Source: Oopsacas minuta
Lineage: Eukaryota > Animalia > Porifera
Direction of reading: 5' to 3'
NCBI GenBank assembly: GCA_024704765.1
Contig: JAKMXF010000088.1
Span: 801,029 to 865,028 of the forward strand
Length of the DNA: 64,000 nt
The position numbers and the translations under genes are program-made. Positions within the stretch are counted from its first letter, which is position 1; each line of letters opens with the position of its first letter. Below the pieces are notes generated by a model. That model ran no database searches, had not been told where the DNA came from, and was given only the letters and a program-made list of their open reading frames with translations. Below are positions 37,910-48,049 of the stretch, piece after piece.

Positions 37910-38863
37910 TTACACTCTTAACTCCAATTTACGTTTCTGCATAATCTCGTAATTCTTTTTATACTCGTCTCTCTCGCGACGGAGCTTTTCTACGTCTAAC
38001 TTCAAATCATTGATTTCAGATTCCAAAACCTGCTTCTGAACTTTCATAGTATTTTTCTTATCAACTTTCTTCTGCCGACAGGTATGTGCATATCTCCTAT
38101 TCTTGTGCTGTCGACGGATTTTCTTAACCAGATTCTGGTCATCACGTGAGAGGCCGAGATCACGAAGCTTCTTATTGAGGTCGGGGATTTTGAGGGTAGC
38201 TAGATCCCCCTCAGTAACGCCGGGAGGTAACTCCAGGTCTTCCAAGTCTAAACCCAGATCGTCTAACTCGTTAATGTCCTGAAGCTCCTCATCGAAAGAG
38301 GGTTTAGCAAGAGAGGACTGAGGACTGGAGTCAGCGAAATCGTGTCCAGACATATTGTAAGGAGAGGGAGCAGTGCTGGCTAGGTTTGAATTGTTCATGT
38401 CATACATAGGGCCCTGAGGGTGAGCGTAGAAGTTGTCTGCAGGCATGTTATAATCCCCCAACAGCTCCAGCAATTCTTGTTGCACTCTTTGGTCGTCATC
38501 CTGAAGTCCTTGCGGAACGGGAGGAGCTGACACAGGTGGAAAGTATGAAGGGGGTAGCAGAGAGGCATGAGGGGGAGAACTAGTCCAGGGGTTGGAGCCG
38601 TTAGAAGGATACTCAGAGATCGAAGGCGGATACATTTGTCCCTGAGCTGAGGAGACAGACATATGGGGGTGTGCAGGAGCTGGAGGATAGACCTGAGGAT
38701 ATCCTGTGAATATATCGGATGGAGCAGGTGGGAGATGTTCATTCATAAGATTAGGATAACTCGTTAGATCAAAGTTGAATTCTGAGCTGTAAGGAAAATA
38801 GTTATCCTCTGTCGGTGGAGGGCCCAGGTACTGATTCATTCCAAAGTCAAAGTTATTATTCAT
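37910..38863 (-). CDS. MAF: Maf-like bZIP transcription factor 1 (intronless)
   Basis: Extended homology region LKIPDLNKKLRDLGLS, basic region KIRRQHKNRRYAHTCR with the Maf-specific Tyr, leucine zipper, Pro/acidic N-terminus. First ATG is 38863 (the track starts at a TTG, 38908). Confidence 0.88.
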   Translation of the reverse strand: MNNNFDFGMNQYLGPPPTEDNYFPYSSEFNFDLTSYPNLMNEHLPPAPSDIFTGYPQVYPPAPAHPHMSVSSAQGQMYPPSISEYPSNGSNPWTSSPPHASLLPPSYFPPVSAPPVPQGLQDDDQRVQQELLELLGDYNMPADNFYAHPQGPMYDMNNSNLASTAPSPYNMSGHDFADSSPQSSLAKPSFDEELQDINELDDLGLDLEDLELPPGVTEGDLATLKIPDLNKKLRDLGLSRDDQNLVKKIRRQHKNRRYAHTCRQKKVDKKNTMKVQKQVLESEINDLKLDVEKLRRERDEYKKNYEIMQKRKLELRV

Positions 38864-38917
38864 GCTTGGCTGTGTAATAGGTTGAATACTTTTGTTATTT
38901 GCTTGCAATATTGGAAG

Positions 38918-38925
38918 TATTTATA
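38918..38925 (-). promoter_or_regulatory. TATA box of Maf-1
   Basis: TATAAATA on the minus strand, 55 nt before the ATG. Confidence 0.6.
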
Positions 38926-39842
38926 AGGTATATGTTTGAGTTTGATGTAATCCTATACATTGAGGTCTCTGTGGCTGTGATGCCTAGGCCAGCTGACTAA
39001 TTAACCTACCAGTAGAGCACCGTACTTCCTATTGACGAAATTAATAATTTCAGTTTCTAATTCCATAAAAAGTTATAATTAGTTAAGTTTCACTGAATTT
39101 ATTTCTGGGAAACTACTTTTACTTTCTAGTTACACAACTTTCACTTTTTATCATTTTTCCAATAATTCTGATATTATTGTTGTTGTTGTTTTGTTGTTTA
39201 CAATTACCTAATGTTTATTAGTTCATATTTCAATTTATATATGTCCCCTGTTCATTCTTGCACAATAGACAAGTCAATTATAACTTATCTCACTACCTCT
39301 TTGCTATCATATTTATTAGCAAATTTGCCATAAATTTACCTTTTCTTATTTGCAACTTTACAATAAATTTGGAAATAAACTAAAAGCAGTTTTACTGTCA
39401 CTTCAAACTAGACCTAAAACCAACTTCTATATTTCCGAGTTGATACTAATTTAGTGCAATTTGTTGTTGTTTGTTTTATGAACTAAAACTATTACGCTGT
39501 TGTTCTACTTACCAGTTTTGTAAACTAGGTTTGGAATTTAATTCAGTAAGACATTCCTATGAATCTTCTGATTGCTTACGTAATTCAGAGAAAGCATCTG
39601 TGCCATGTGGTATGTACTGGAATAATTATCAATTAATTTATCCTTAAACTATTGCAATAATTATGCGTGCCTTATCGAGAAGTCTCTTAAACCTACTATC
39701 CTCATAGCAACGCTTTGCTCTGCAGGAATGCGCAACTGTCTCTACCTCCCTAATCCTCGTATCTGATGTGTCTCTTAGATGGCGCAAATCCTAGACCTCC
39801 TGCAGCTGTCTACTTTCATTACGACACAGCATAGGCTCAGTG

Positions 39843-39850
39843 TATAAATA
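39843..39850 (+). promoter_or_regulatory. TATA box of Maf-2
   Basis: TATAAATA, 61 nt before the ATG. Confidence 0.6.
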
Positions 39851-39910
39851 TCTGTGTATAGAGTAGAATATGAATACCCAATTAATATCCGTTAACAGAG
39901 ATCGACAGAA

Positions 39911-40843
39911 ATGAACTTTGACTACCCAGCCCCTCAATATCCCGGTCAGGTCGGAGAGTTCTACAATCAGGGATTCAACTTTCCATTAGAATCTTACCCC
40001 AATCTGTCTAATGAGCCTCATCTCCCTCCAGCTCCATCTGACATATTCACAGGATATCCTCAGGTCTATCCTCCAGCTCCTGCACACCCCCATATGTCTA
40101 TCTCCTCAGCTCAGAGACAAATGTATCCGCCTTCAATCTCCGAGTATCCTTCTAACGGCTCCAACCCCTGGATGAGTTCCCCCTCTCCTGGCTCACTGCT
40201 GCCCCCCACCTCTCTTCCACCTGTAGTAACTCCCCAAGTCAATCACGAACTTCCTACAGTTGACGACCAAACCGTGCAACAGGAATTTCTAAGCCTGCTA
40301 GACGAGTATCACCCAGTAGACAACTTCTACATGCATCCTATGTACCAACACCCGGAGGGCAGTCAAATGTTTGACAACCTGTCCCTCCCATCCCCTTACA
40401 GAGGTGCCAATGAACCAGGAGAGTTCAGTCCTCCGAATACTCTATTGAAACCTCCGCTAGATGACACAAGCTTTACAGATTATTTGCAGGAGGACACTAA
40501 AAGCAACTCTGATTTAAAAGAGGATGCTGTAGCTGGGGCAGAGAACGAAGATTTGTCCGAGATAAACATCAGAGATCTTAACAAGGCTCTGAGAGACCAG
40601 GGCTACTCCCAAGAGGAGCAAATGGAGGTTAAGCAGATCCGAAGGAAGCAGAAGAACCGCGTTTATGCTAAGAACTGCCGCAAGAATAAGGAAGAGAAAA
40701 AGACAACAATGAAGGTCCAAAAAGAACAACTGGAAAGTGAGATTACTGATCTCAAATCCGATGTAGATCGCCTCAGGGCTCAGAGGAATCAGTACAAAAT
40801 GAGTTATGACATGATGCAGCAAAGGAAACAACAGAATAGCTAA
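39911..40843 (+). CDS. MAF: Maf-like bZIP transcription factor 2 (intronless)
   Basis: INIRDLNKALRDQGYSQEEQMEVKQIRRKQKNRVYAKNCR plus zipper. Confidence 0.88.
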   Translation: MNFDYPAPQYPGQVGEFYNQGFNFPLESYPNLSNEPHLPPAPSDIFTGYPQVYPPAPAHPHMSISSAQRQMYPPSISEYPSNGSNPWMSSPSPGSLLPPTSLPPVVTPQVNHELPTVDDQTVQQEFLSLLDEYHPVDNFYMHPMYQHPEGSQMFDNLSLPSPYRGANEPGEFSPPNTLLKPPLDDTSFTDYLQEDTKSNSDLKEDAVAGAENEDLSEINIRDLNKALRDQGYSQEEQMEVKQIRRKQKNRVYAKNCRKNKEEKKTTMKVQKEQLESEITDLKSDVDRLRAQRNQYKMSYDMMQQRKQQNS

Positions 40844-41107
40844 CTAGTAAACTGACCAAACTTTTGAATTAAAAAATAGCTCTAAATAATGGTAGATAGC
40901 GCCAGGATAAATCTTTGTACATAAATGTAAAAATATTCTGTAAACTTGTTGTTATTTTCAGTTACAATGTTATGCTCAAATGAACTATATCCGTGGTAAA
41001 GAGCTGTTTATTGCCAGTTATATTGAAGCTTAAAGGACAGAGCTAATTAATTGAAATAACCAATGAATATTCGTTACTTTGACAGTTTGGGAACATACTT
41101 GTGACAA

Positions 41108-41148
41108 TTTAACACTTCGATATATCCGTGTTAGGTGTAACGAGAGTT
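41108..41148. mobile_element. Partial third copy of the AACTCCCGTTAC-type element
   Basis: tttaacac..atatatccgtgttaggtgtaacgagagtt matches the right end of 10474..10573. Confidence 0.45.
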
Positions 41149-41653
41149 GATTAGTTAAAAATGTAGTGAAGAGTTACAAAAATAACGAAAATCAATTTTC
41201 GAATATATAAATGTGTACGCGATAGATTTAATTAAAAGGAATATTTCCAAAAAATCCTGGAAATACATTTTGTATAAAATTCTCATAAACATCCGTAAAC
41301 AAAAATAAATAAAAATATGAGAAAATCAAGAAATGCAATATTTTATTGAATTCCAAATATCTTAAATCAGGGATACTGCAATATACGTATAGAGTTAATC
41401 AAAAAGGATATGGAATATCGCACAAATTTGTATTAAATGATAGCCAAATAAATAAATAATTACGGGAAAATACAGCGCAATAAAACACGAATTTGATAAG
41501 AAGACAGGGCCGCCTCATGTTAGATGTGATGTAAGATATTTATCTGAGTTCAGTACAGAGTACATAAGCAAGGGATAGCTCAGTGGTAGATTACTGTCCC
41601 TATTGCATAAGAATTGTTCAATAGGATACAGCCCTAGAGAGGGTCTAATGTAA

Positions 41654-41661
41654 TATAAATA
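41654..41661 (+). promoter_or_regulatory. TATA box of Maf-3
   Basis: TATAAATA, 56 nt before the ATG. Confidence 0.6.
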
Positions 41662-41716
41662 TCGCTAAGGCCTAAAGATATAAACTAACAATCCTTCACA
41701 AACATCCAGTCAAGAA

Positions 41717-42679
41717 ATGGACTTTGACTACTCAGTTCCTCAATATCTCGGTCAGGTCGGAGAGTTCTACAATCAGGGATTCAACTTTCCATTAGAATCT
41801 TATCCCAATCTGTCTAATGAGTCTCATCTCCCTCCAGCTCCATCTGACATATTCACAGGATATCCTCAGGTCTATCCTCCAGCTCCTGCATACCCCCATA
41901 TGTCTGTCTCCTCAGCTCAGGGACAAATGTATCCACACTCAATCTCTGAGTATCCTTCTAATGGTTCCTATCCCTGGACTAGTTCTCCACCTCATGCCTC
42001 TCTGCAACCCCCTACATACTTTCCACCTGTGTCAGCTCCTCCCGTTCCGCAAGGACTTCAGGATGACGACCAGAAATTGCCAGAGATGTACAGCTTATTC
42101 GATCCCTGCGAGGGCTACGGAGGCTATGAAGGATTCTATGGAGACCCGCAGGCTCCTGCTTATGTCAATAACTCCAACCTTGGGGGCTCATCCTCTCCCT
42201 ACAATTGGCCAGGACAAGATTTCAACGATGCCAGCCCCCCTGCCTCTCTGGTAAAGCCTCCCCCAGAGCTCGAGGATAATTACAATCAAGATGATACGAT
42301 AAGTGATTTTAGAGATGATGAAGAAATAAATATGGAAGATTTGCAGAATCAATTACCTGACGGAATCACAGAGAGACATTTGCTAACTCTGAAAATTCCA
42401 GATTTGAATAAACTCCTTAAAGACTTGGGACTGGACAAAGAGGATCAGAACCTGGTTAAGAGGATCAGACGGCAGTACAAGAACAGGGGATACGCTAACA
42501 CCTGCAGGAAGAAGAAGGAGGAGAGGAAGAGTTCAATGAAAGAGCAGAAACAAACTCTGCAGGTTGAGATTAATGAACTGAAAGATGACGTAGAGAAACT
42601 CAGGCTAGAGAGGGACAGGTACAAACGTAATTACGAGATTATGCAACAGACTAAGAAAGCTACTGCGGCGATGCACTGA
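41717..42679 (+). CDS. MAF: Maf-like bZIP transcription factor 3 (intronless)
   Basis: LKIPDLNKLLKDLGLDKEDQNLVKRIRRQYKNRGYANTCR plus zipper. Confidence 0.88.
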   Translation: MDFDYSVPQYLGQVGEFYNQGFNFPLESYPNLSNESHLPPAPSDIFTGYPQVYPPAPAYPHMSVSSAQGQMYPHSISEYPSNGSYPWTSSPPHASLQPPTYFPPVSAPPVPQGLQDDDQKLPEMYSLFDPCEGYGGYEGFYGDPQAPAYVNNSNLGGSSSPYNWPGQDFNDASPPASLVKPPPELEDNYNQDDTISDFRDDEEINMEDLQNQLPDGITERHLLTLKIPDLNKLLKDLGLDKEDQNLVKRIRRQYKNRGYANTCRKKKEERKSSMKEQKQTLQVEINELKDDVEKLRLERDRYKRNYEIMQQTKKATAAMH

Positions 42680-44501
42680 GAATATAGGATAGAATTATCT
42701 AGATTAAGCTATCTATCTGCTGTATGTGTGCTAGAATGCCTGTTATGTAATTTGTTTGTACAAAATGTTTTAAAAGAATAATAGAAAGCAAATATGAAAA
42801 GTTTGTTAAGTAATGTTAATTAGAACATTTAAAACACGCATAATATTTGGGTTATTAAGTGACTGAGTGAACTGACTTAAGATTTTTAAGCGAAAAATTG
42901 GAAATTTATGTGACATATACAGCGGGACAGCCCGACAGCCCGACAGCTTTAGAGAATAGAATAAAATAAGAATTAAAGCTAACATTAAGCAAATTGAAAG
43001 GAAATCATGAACTCTCGATGTGTTAAATAAGTATTGTGCAATCAGAAATCAGGGAAATATGCTTCTCATAGAAAATTGAGCAATAATATAGAATCATTAT
43101 GTGTAGTCTAGTGTACTAGCGTGAAAACGTAATATGTTCTGACACCACCACACACCGACGCTACTACACAGACAATGAATAATTAATTCATTAATTTAGT
43201 TAATAGAAGATTTGCGTCACAAAATTAATGCAAGGCAAGTAGTGCTGCAATCAGTCAATATAAGGACACATCACCAGCAAGGAATTCACTGGTTTCATTA
43301 ATGAAATCGGCATTCCTGGCGAAAACACAAATCTGTCAGTAGTTCACTTTCATAAATATGCGAATATGCAATTAGGAAGGATTTCAAAGGTAAGCAAACT
43401 GAAATATTAGAGTAGCACCTCCAGAAGATAACAAATATTTGTCTTGGTATCCATAGTAACGAGCTTATTCTAAAATTAGATATAATGTGTATTAACAAAC
43501 TCGAGGATATATTGAGTGTATTTAAGGTAGGTTTAAGAGGCGTAATATTTGGAGTAAGGACACTGGTATTTTCCGAAATATAGAGTGCTGATCGAAGTTA
43601 CGAAATTATACAGGGTGAGGGTATCAGGGGCAAATATCCTTATTTGTAATTATATCAAGTAATTGCAAGAGATCTCCTGATTATTTAAGAATGAAGAGAA
43701 TGTAATCCACGAATAGAGTAGGTATACGCAATCATAGGTGATTACAGAAAATGCAAAAATACCTAAAATTAGCTACTGAATTCAAACAAATGTTAGATTA
43801 ATTTGCAAACAATCTAAAACAGTTGAGTGACGCAGATTATAAGTCAAACAATTGAATGCAGTTGTCTGCTCTCTGCCTATTTTAAAGGAAAGTAGTATCA
43901 TAAGCAGTTTGGTAGAGATAGCGACAAAATAGATAAATTCGCTGATCAGAAAAACAGTCAGCACTTTCCCGTTCAGATTTTGTATAAAACACAGAAAGAT
44001 TTGCATGAATCAAATCAAATATTTGAGAAGAATACTATACTACCTTTCTCTGAGTCTAGAAATGTAACCAGCTTCTAACCGATCCAACAAATCTATGGGT
44101 TTATTATCGTTAGCAGAGGACAGACACAAGAATTAGAGATTACATAATCTCTAATTCATAGATCAGTAGTATGCAAGAACTGTAAAGTCCCTACTTCTAA
44201 AAATAGAATTCTAGAACATTCCAGTATTATTATTCAAAATTCTAACATATTTGAACTTCTCCAGATACAAATAGTTCACTGAGGCGATAGATTAATCAAA
44301 GTTTTCTTCAAGTAATCCTGCAATTAATCAGTTCGGTTATTGCATGCCGCAATACCGCAAGTGAAAGTGCCAGCTAATACTTTCTGGAAACATCCGAAAT
44401 TAAATTTAGTGCCAGCGCGGTCAAGTTGAAAGCAGCGATTCAAAGAATCAGAAATATACAAATAAGGTTATTAGCTATACACAATATAAGTATGTGTGTT
44501 G

Positions 44502-44509
44502 TATAAATA
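44502..44509 (+). promoter_or_regulatory. TATA box of Maf-4
   Basis: TATAAATA, 39 nt before the ATG. Confidence 0.55.
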
Positions 44510-44547
44510 GACAGGTCGCTGGGTAGTTTCATTCTAAATCGTAACAA

Positions 44548-45318
44548 ATGAGTTATAACGAACTTCCTCCGAACTTTGAGTTCCCTCTACTTCCTTACAT
44601 GCCTGGCGGGGAATTTACTTTCAATCCACTAAACTATCCGCACCTGCTGCCTCAGGGGGCCGTGGACTTCCAAATGCTGTCAGCGGAGTTCCCACTCCCT
44701 CACCCAGCGATTCAGATACCCACCACCGCTACAGCTCAGCAGTGGTCTGCTAACAGAGACCAAATGGTCGTTGGACAGGACATGCCAAACTATACAGAAT
44801 TCGAGGGCTGGACTAGTCCAGAGATTTTCTACAACAACCAGCAGGAAGGAGGGTGTGCTGACGAGAACAGAAGCTCCTTCTCTTACGCTGGGAATAGTCC
44901 CTACTCCCGCGGGGATAATGATGACAAGTACCCGGACCCGGACTCTTCTCTTGAGGACGATGATATGAAAGATATCGACCTAAAACTACCAGAAGGGATT
45001 TCAAAAGAAGATCTAACTAATCTAGGAATTCCTGATTTGAACAAAAAGCTGAAAGAAATCGGTGTGAATAAAATGAATGAGAAAGAACTGAAGAGACTCA
45101 GACGACAATTCAAGAACAGAGGCTATGCACAGGTCTGTCGTGAGAAGAAAAATAAGAAAAAGAATACTATGAGAGAGCAGAAAGAAGACCTAGAGAGAGA
45201 GATAGAACAACTGAGAATAGATGTAGAGAATCTGAAGAAGGAGAGGAACCGCTACAAGAACCAGTACGACAAGATTCACCGGCATAAACTAGCCGGATTC
45301 CCACAGGGGACTCATTAA
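44548..45318 (+). CDS. MAF: Maf-like bZIP transcription factor 4 (intronless)
   Basis: LGIPDLNKKLKEIGVNKMNEKELKRLRRQFKNRGYAQVCR plus zipper. Confidence 0.88.
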   Translation: MSYNELPPNFEFPLLPYMPGGEFTFNPLNYPHLLPQGAVDFQMLSAEFPLPHPAIQIPTTATAQQWSANRDQMVVGQDMPNYTEFEGWTSPEIFYNNQQEGGCADENRSSFSYAGNSPYSRGDNDDKYPDPDSSLEDDDMKDIDLKLPEGISKEDLTNLGIPDLNKKLKEIGVNKMNEKELKRLRRQFKNRGYAQVCREKKNKKKNTMREQKEDLEREIEQLRIDVENLKKERNRYKNQYDKIHRHKLAGFPQGTH

Positions 45319-45827
45319 GTTTGTGTATATTTACCTGCGCGTTTAAATAAATCGCTCTGCTGCTGTCTATTCGAGTGCGGGTATTTCTTTAACTGAAAAT
45401 ATGAATTCAATTAGTAAATCTTACGCCATAAATCTTACATTATGTAAGGAGTAATTTAGTGAGGGCGCGTGAGCAGAGGGAAGTCCGTGATTTGCAAATA
45501 GGTCATTCTATGAACCTGCAAGCATTGAGTAATTGTTGATCATAAAGTAATGGCAAATATTGTGCTAAATATGTAAGTATATTCATCATAGACAAAACAT
45601 AATTTCTTCATAGGCAGTGAGTGCTAATGTATAAATTTATAATTGTAATAGGAGAATAATAAATGACTAAAATTAGAAAAGTTACTGGAAGAATTCTTAG
45701 AATTTCAATCCTGGACTCATCCCATAGGATTATTCAATAAATGACGTGTGCAATTCTATTATTATAAAAATTCTGAAAAGCATTTGTTTTTCTAAATAAC
45801 TACAAATCAATTCTATCATAATTAGAT

Positions 45828-46268
45828 ATGGAACCTGCATTCCTAAAGGGTGTCGTTGTCAAGGGGTTCGGGAGGGGCAGCAGACAGCTGGGAGTACCTA
45901 CAGCAAACTTTCCGGAGGAAGTAGTCGCCCAGCTTCCCCCTATGAGAGAAGGGGTCTACTTCGGATGGGCCCAAGTAGCAGAGGATGAGGTGAGGGGTAT
46001 GGTTATGAGTTTAGGATTCAATCCCTACTACAAGAACACACACAAGTCCGTAGAGACTCACGTACTGCACAAATACGAGCAAGATTTCTACGGAGAGCAG
46101 TTGGCAATATGCGTGCTGGGATTCATACGAGAAATGACAGATTTCAAATCTCTGGAGTCACTGGTGGAAGCTATACATGGAGATATAAAGACTACAAAGG
46201 AATGTTTGGACTCTGGAGAGTATGAGAAATACAAACACGAGCTAGTGAAATATTCTCTAGCTCATTAA
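45828..46268 (+). CDS. RFK: Riboflavin kinase
   Basis: GVVVKGFGRGSRQLGVPTANF, GVYFGWA, MVMSLGFNPYYKN, ETHVLH and LGFIREM. Confidence 0.96.
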   Translation: MEPAFLKGVVVKGFGRGSRQLGVPTANFPEEVVAQLPPMREGVYFGWAQVAEDEVRGMVMSLGFNPYYKNTHKSVETHVLHKYEQDFYGEQLAICVLGFIREMTDFKSLESLVEAIHGDIKTTKECLDSGEYEKYKHELVKYSLAH

Positions 46269-46429
46269 ATATTGTAATGTATAGTACACACATCAGTATT
46301 AGTTGCATTTATTATTAGAAAGTATTATTCATAGCAACAGGTGTTGTCCACAATAATGTAAATATTATACATATAGAAATTACAGAATATTAATAAGCAG
46401 TTGCTCAATACTGTAACTAACCACACAAA

Positions 46430-46910
46430 TTAGTATCTGTATTTTGTAGAATAGTCCTTAGGGGAGACAACTAGACCCCTGCCCTTCCTGGACCCTCTGT
46501 AAACAGTCTCTATAATATCAATCATCTCCTGCTCGTCCTCAAGAGCCCAGTTTATCTTGTTATTATTACCAGTCCCTAGATCTATCATAATGTGTTTGTT
46601 CCTGAAGAAGAACATCACTGTACATGGATCATATAGCTCGTACATCTTATTAAACTCTGGTACCTATATATGACGTAAATATAGCTAGCATATCTATAAT
46701 GTATTATTATTATACCTCTGTTATATCCACTACATATAGGACTGCGAAGTTCTTTACTTTTTCAGCTATTTTGTAAAGAACTTCATCCATCTTCATACAG
46801 GTAGGGTCCCAGTCATGTCCCCACCTGACAAGCACTACTCTCTCCTCCTCATTCACTATAGCCTGGTCAACTTGCCAGCAGTTATTCAAATGTTGTAGCA
46901 TATAAGACAT
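46430..46910 (-). CDS. TXNL4A: Spliceosomal U5 protein Dim1, 2 exons
   Basis: MSYMLQHL..WQVDQAI..GHDWDPTCMKMDEVL, MYELYDPCTVMFFFRNKHIMIDLGTGNNNKINW and SPKDYSTKYRY. Confidence 0.97.
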
Positions 46911-47061
46911 GACGTCACTAAGTATAAGCTAGAATACAAATAATTAACTTTCTAGCCTGCTATGCTCTCCCACACGACCATAGGAATGTAATAATAACAG
47001 ATAATATTATGCAATTATTTCCCAGCTGTTTAGGGTTAATAATTATTCTACAAAACATAAT

Positions 47062-47283
47062 TCAGCTGTAATACAATTCAAAGTTGAATCCATCATGTAC
47101 TTCATAATCCTCTAGCGTTATGTGGTCCTTGTATATTTTGTACCATTTCTTGAGGACTATCTTAGAGTGATGAGTCCCTGTCTGTGCTGCTACCAGCTTC
47201 TTCAGATCTCCGATGGTATCGTCCTCATTGCATTTAACTCTAACTTTCTTGCCCAGTCTGTCGTTACAAGTAACTTCTATCAT
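47062..47283 (-). CDS. UBL5: Ubiquitin-like protein 5 (Hub1)
   Basis: [37 protein letters not shown]...ELYYS, 73 aa. Confidence 0.97.
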   Translation of the reverse strand: MIEVTCNDRLGKKVRVKCNEDDTIGDLKKLVAAQTGTHHSKIVLKKWYKIYKDHITLEDYEVHDGFNFELYYS

Positions 47284-47380
47284 TCTAATTATTTTATTTA
47301 ATTATTAAATAATTATAAGAGAATAAGGGAGAAGTAATTAATCGAATAATTGCATAGCAACGGATATAATAAAAGGAATG

Positions 47381-48003
47381 TTATTGTCTATTCTTCCATT
47401 CCTGGTATTCTATCTCCCTCTGTGCATTTATTTCCTTCATCTCTACATCTCTGTATTCCTTCCTTTTAGTTAGCATATAAGTTTTGGGCTGTTCCTCAGG
47501 CATCACCGGTAGATAGCTTCCGTGGAATAGTTTGAATACTGACGTCATCGTAGCCATCAGTATTCCTATCCCTGTTGTAGTCCAGGCTACGGAGTGAGTA
47601 GCTCTATACCTGATACCGAATATTACACCCCCTAGGACACCCCCCACTAAACAGCTGGACACTCCCTCCTTGTTTCTATACTTAGCTGTCAGACAGGCAC
47701 CAGCTGCGAACGCAGCAGCAGCAAGACCTAAGGATGTTGATAAATAAATAAATAAATAAATAAATAATTCATACCCCAAGTGATAGAGTGTCTTCCCATC
47801 AGATAGAATGTCATCATAATTTTAGGACCACGGATAGATACTTTAGGCCAAAACTGTGGATAAGCTCCTTGTGTCGCTCCAGCAATTAGTCCTGCCGCGG
47901 CGAAGCAACCGCCCGCATAAACCACTTTATCTCCGCACTGGTTACCGTCCTCAACTTGGAAACCTTCAACCGTTTTTAACTTTACTTCACTAACCGACTT
48001 CAT
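47381..48003 (-). CDS. NDUFA11: Tim17-family membrane protein, NDUFA11-like, 2 exons
   Basis: DGNQCGDK near the N-terminus; GLAAAAFAAGACLTAKYRNKEG..CLVGGVLGGVIFGIRYR glycine-zipper TM helices; short AT-rich intron at ~47730-47785. Confidence 0.68.
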
Positions 48004-48049
48004 CGCTAATTACCATAAATATAACTAAGGGTTCACAGTAATAATAAAT

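Noticed and set aside
41571-41625. tRNA-like GGGATAGCTCAGTGGTAGA upstream of Maf-3
   Set aside because: It resembles a tRNA 5' half or A box, but there is no anticodon stem, no proper GGTTCRA T-loop and no acceptor pairing. It folds as a simple hairpin instead.
43298-44006. ORFs 43298-43498 and 43782-44006 between Maf-3 and Maf-4
   Set aside because: AT-rich, non-ATG starts, no motifs. The plus strand has frequent stops, so no supportable pseudogene.
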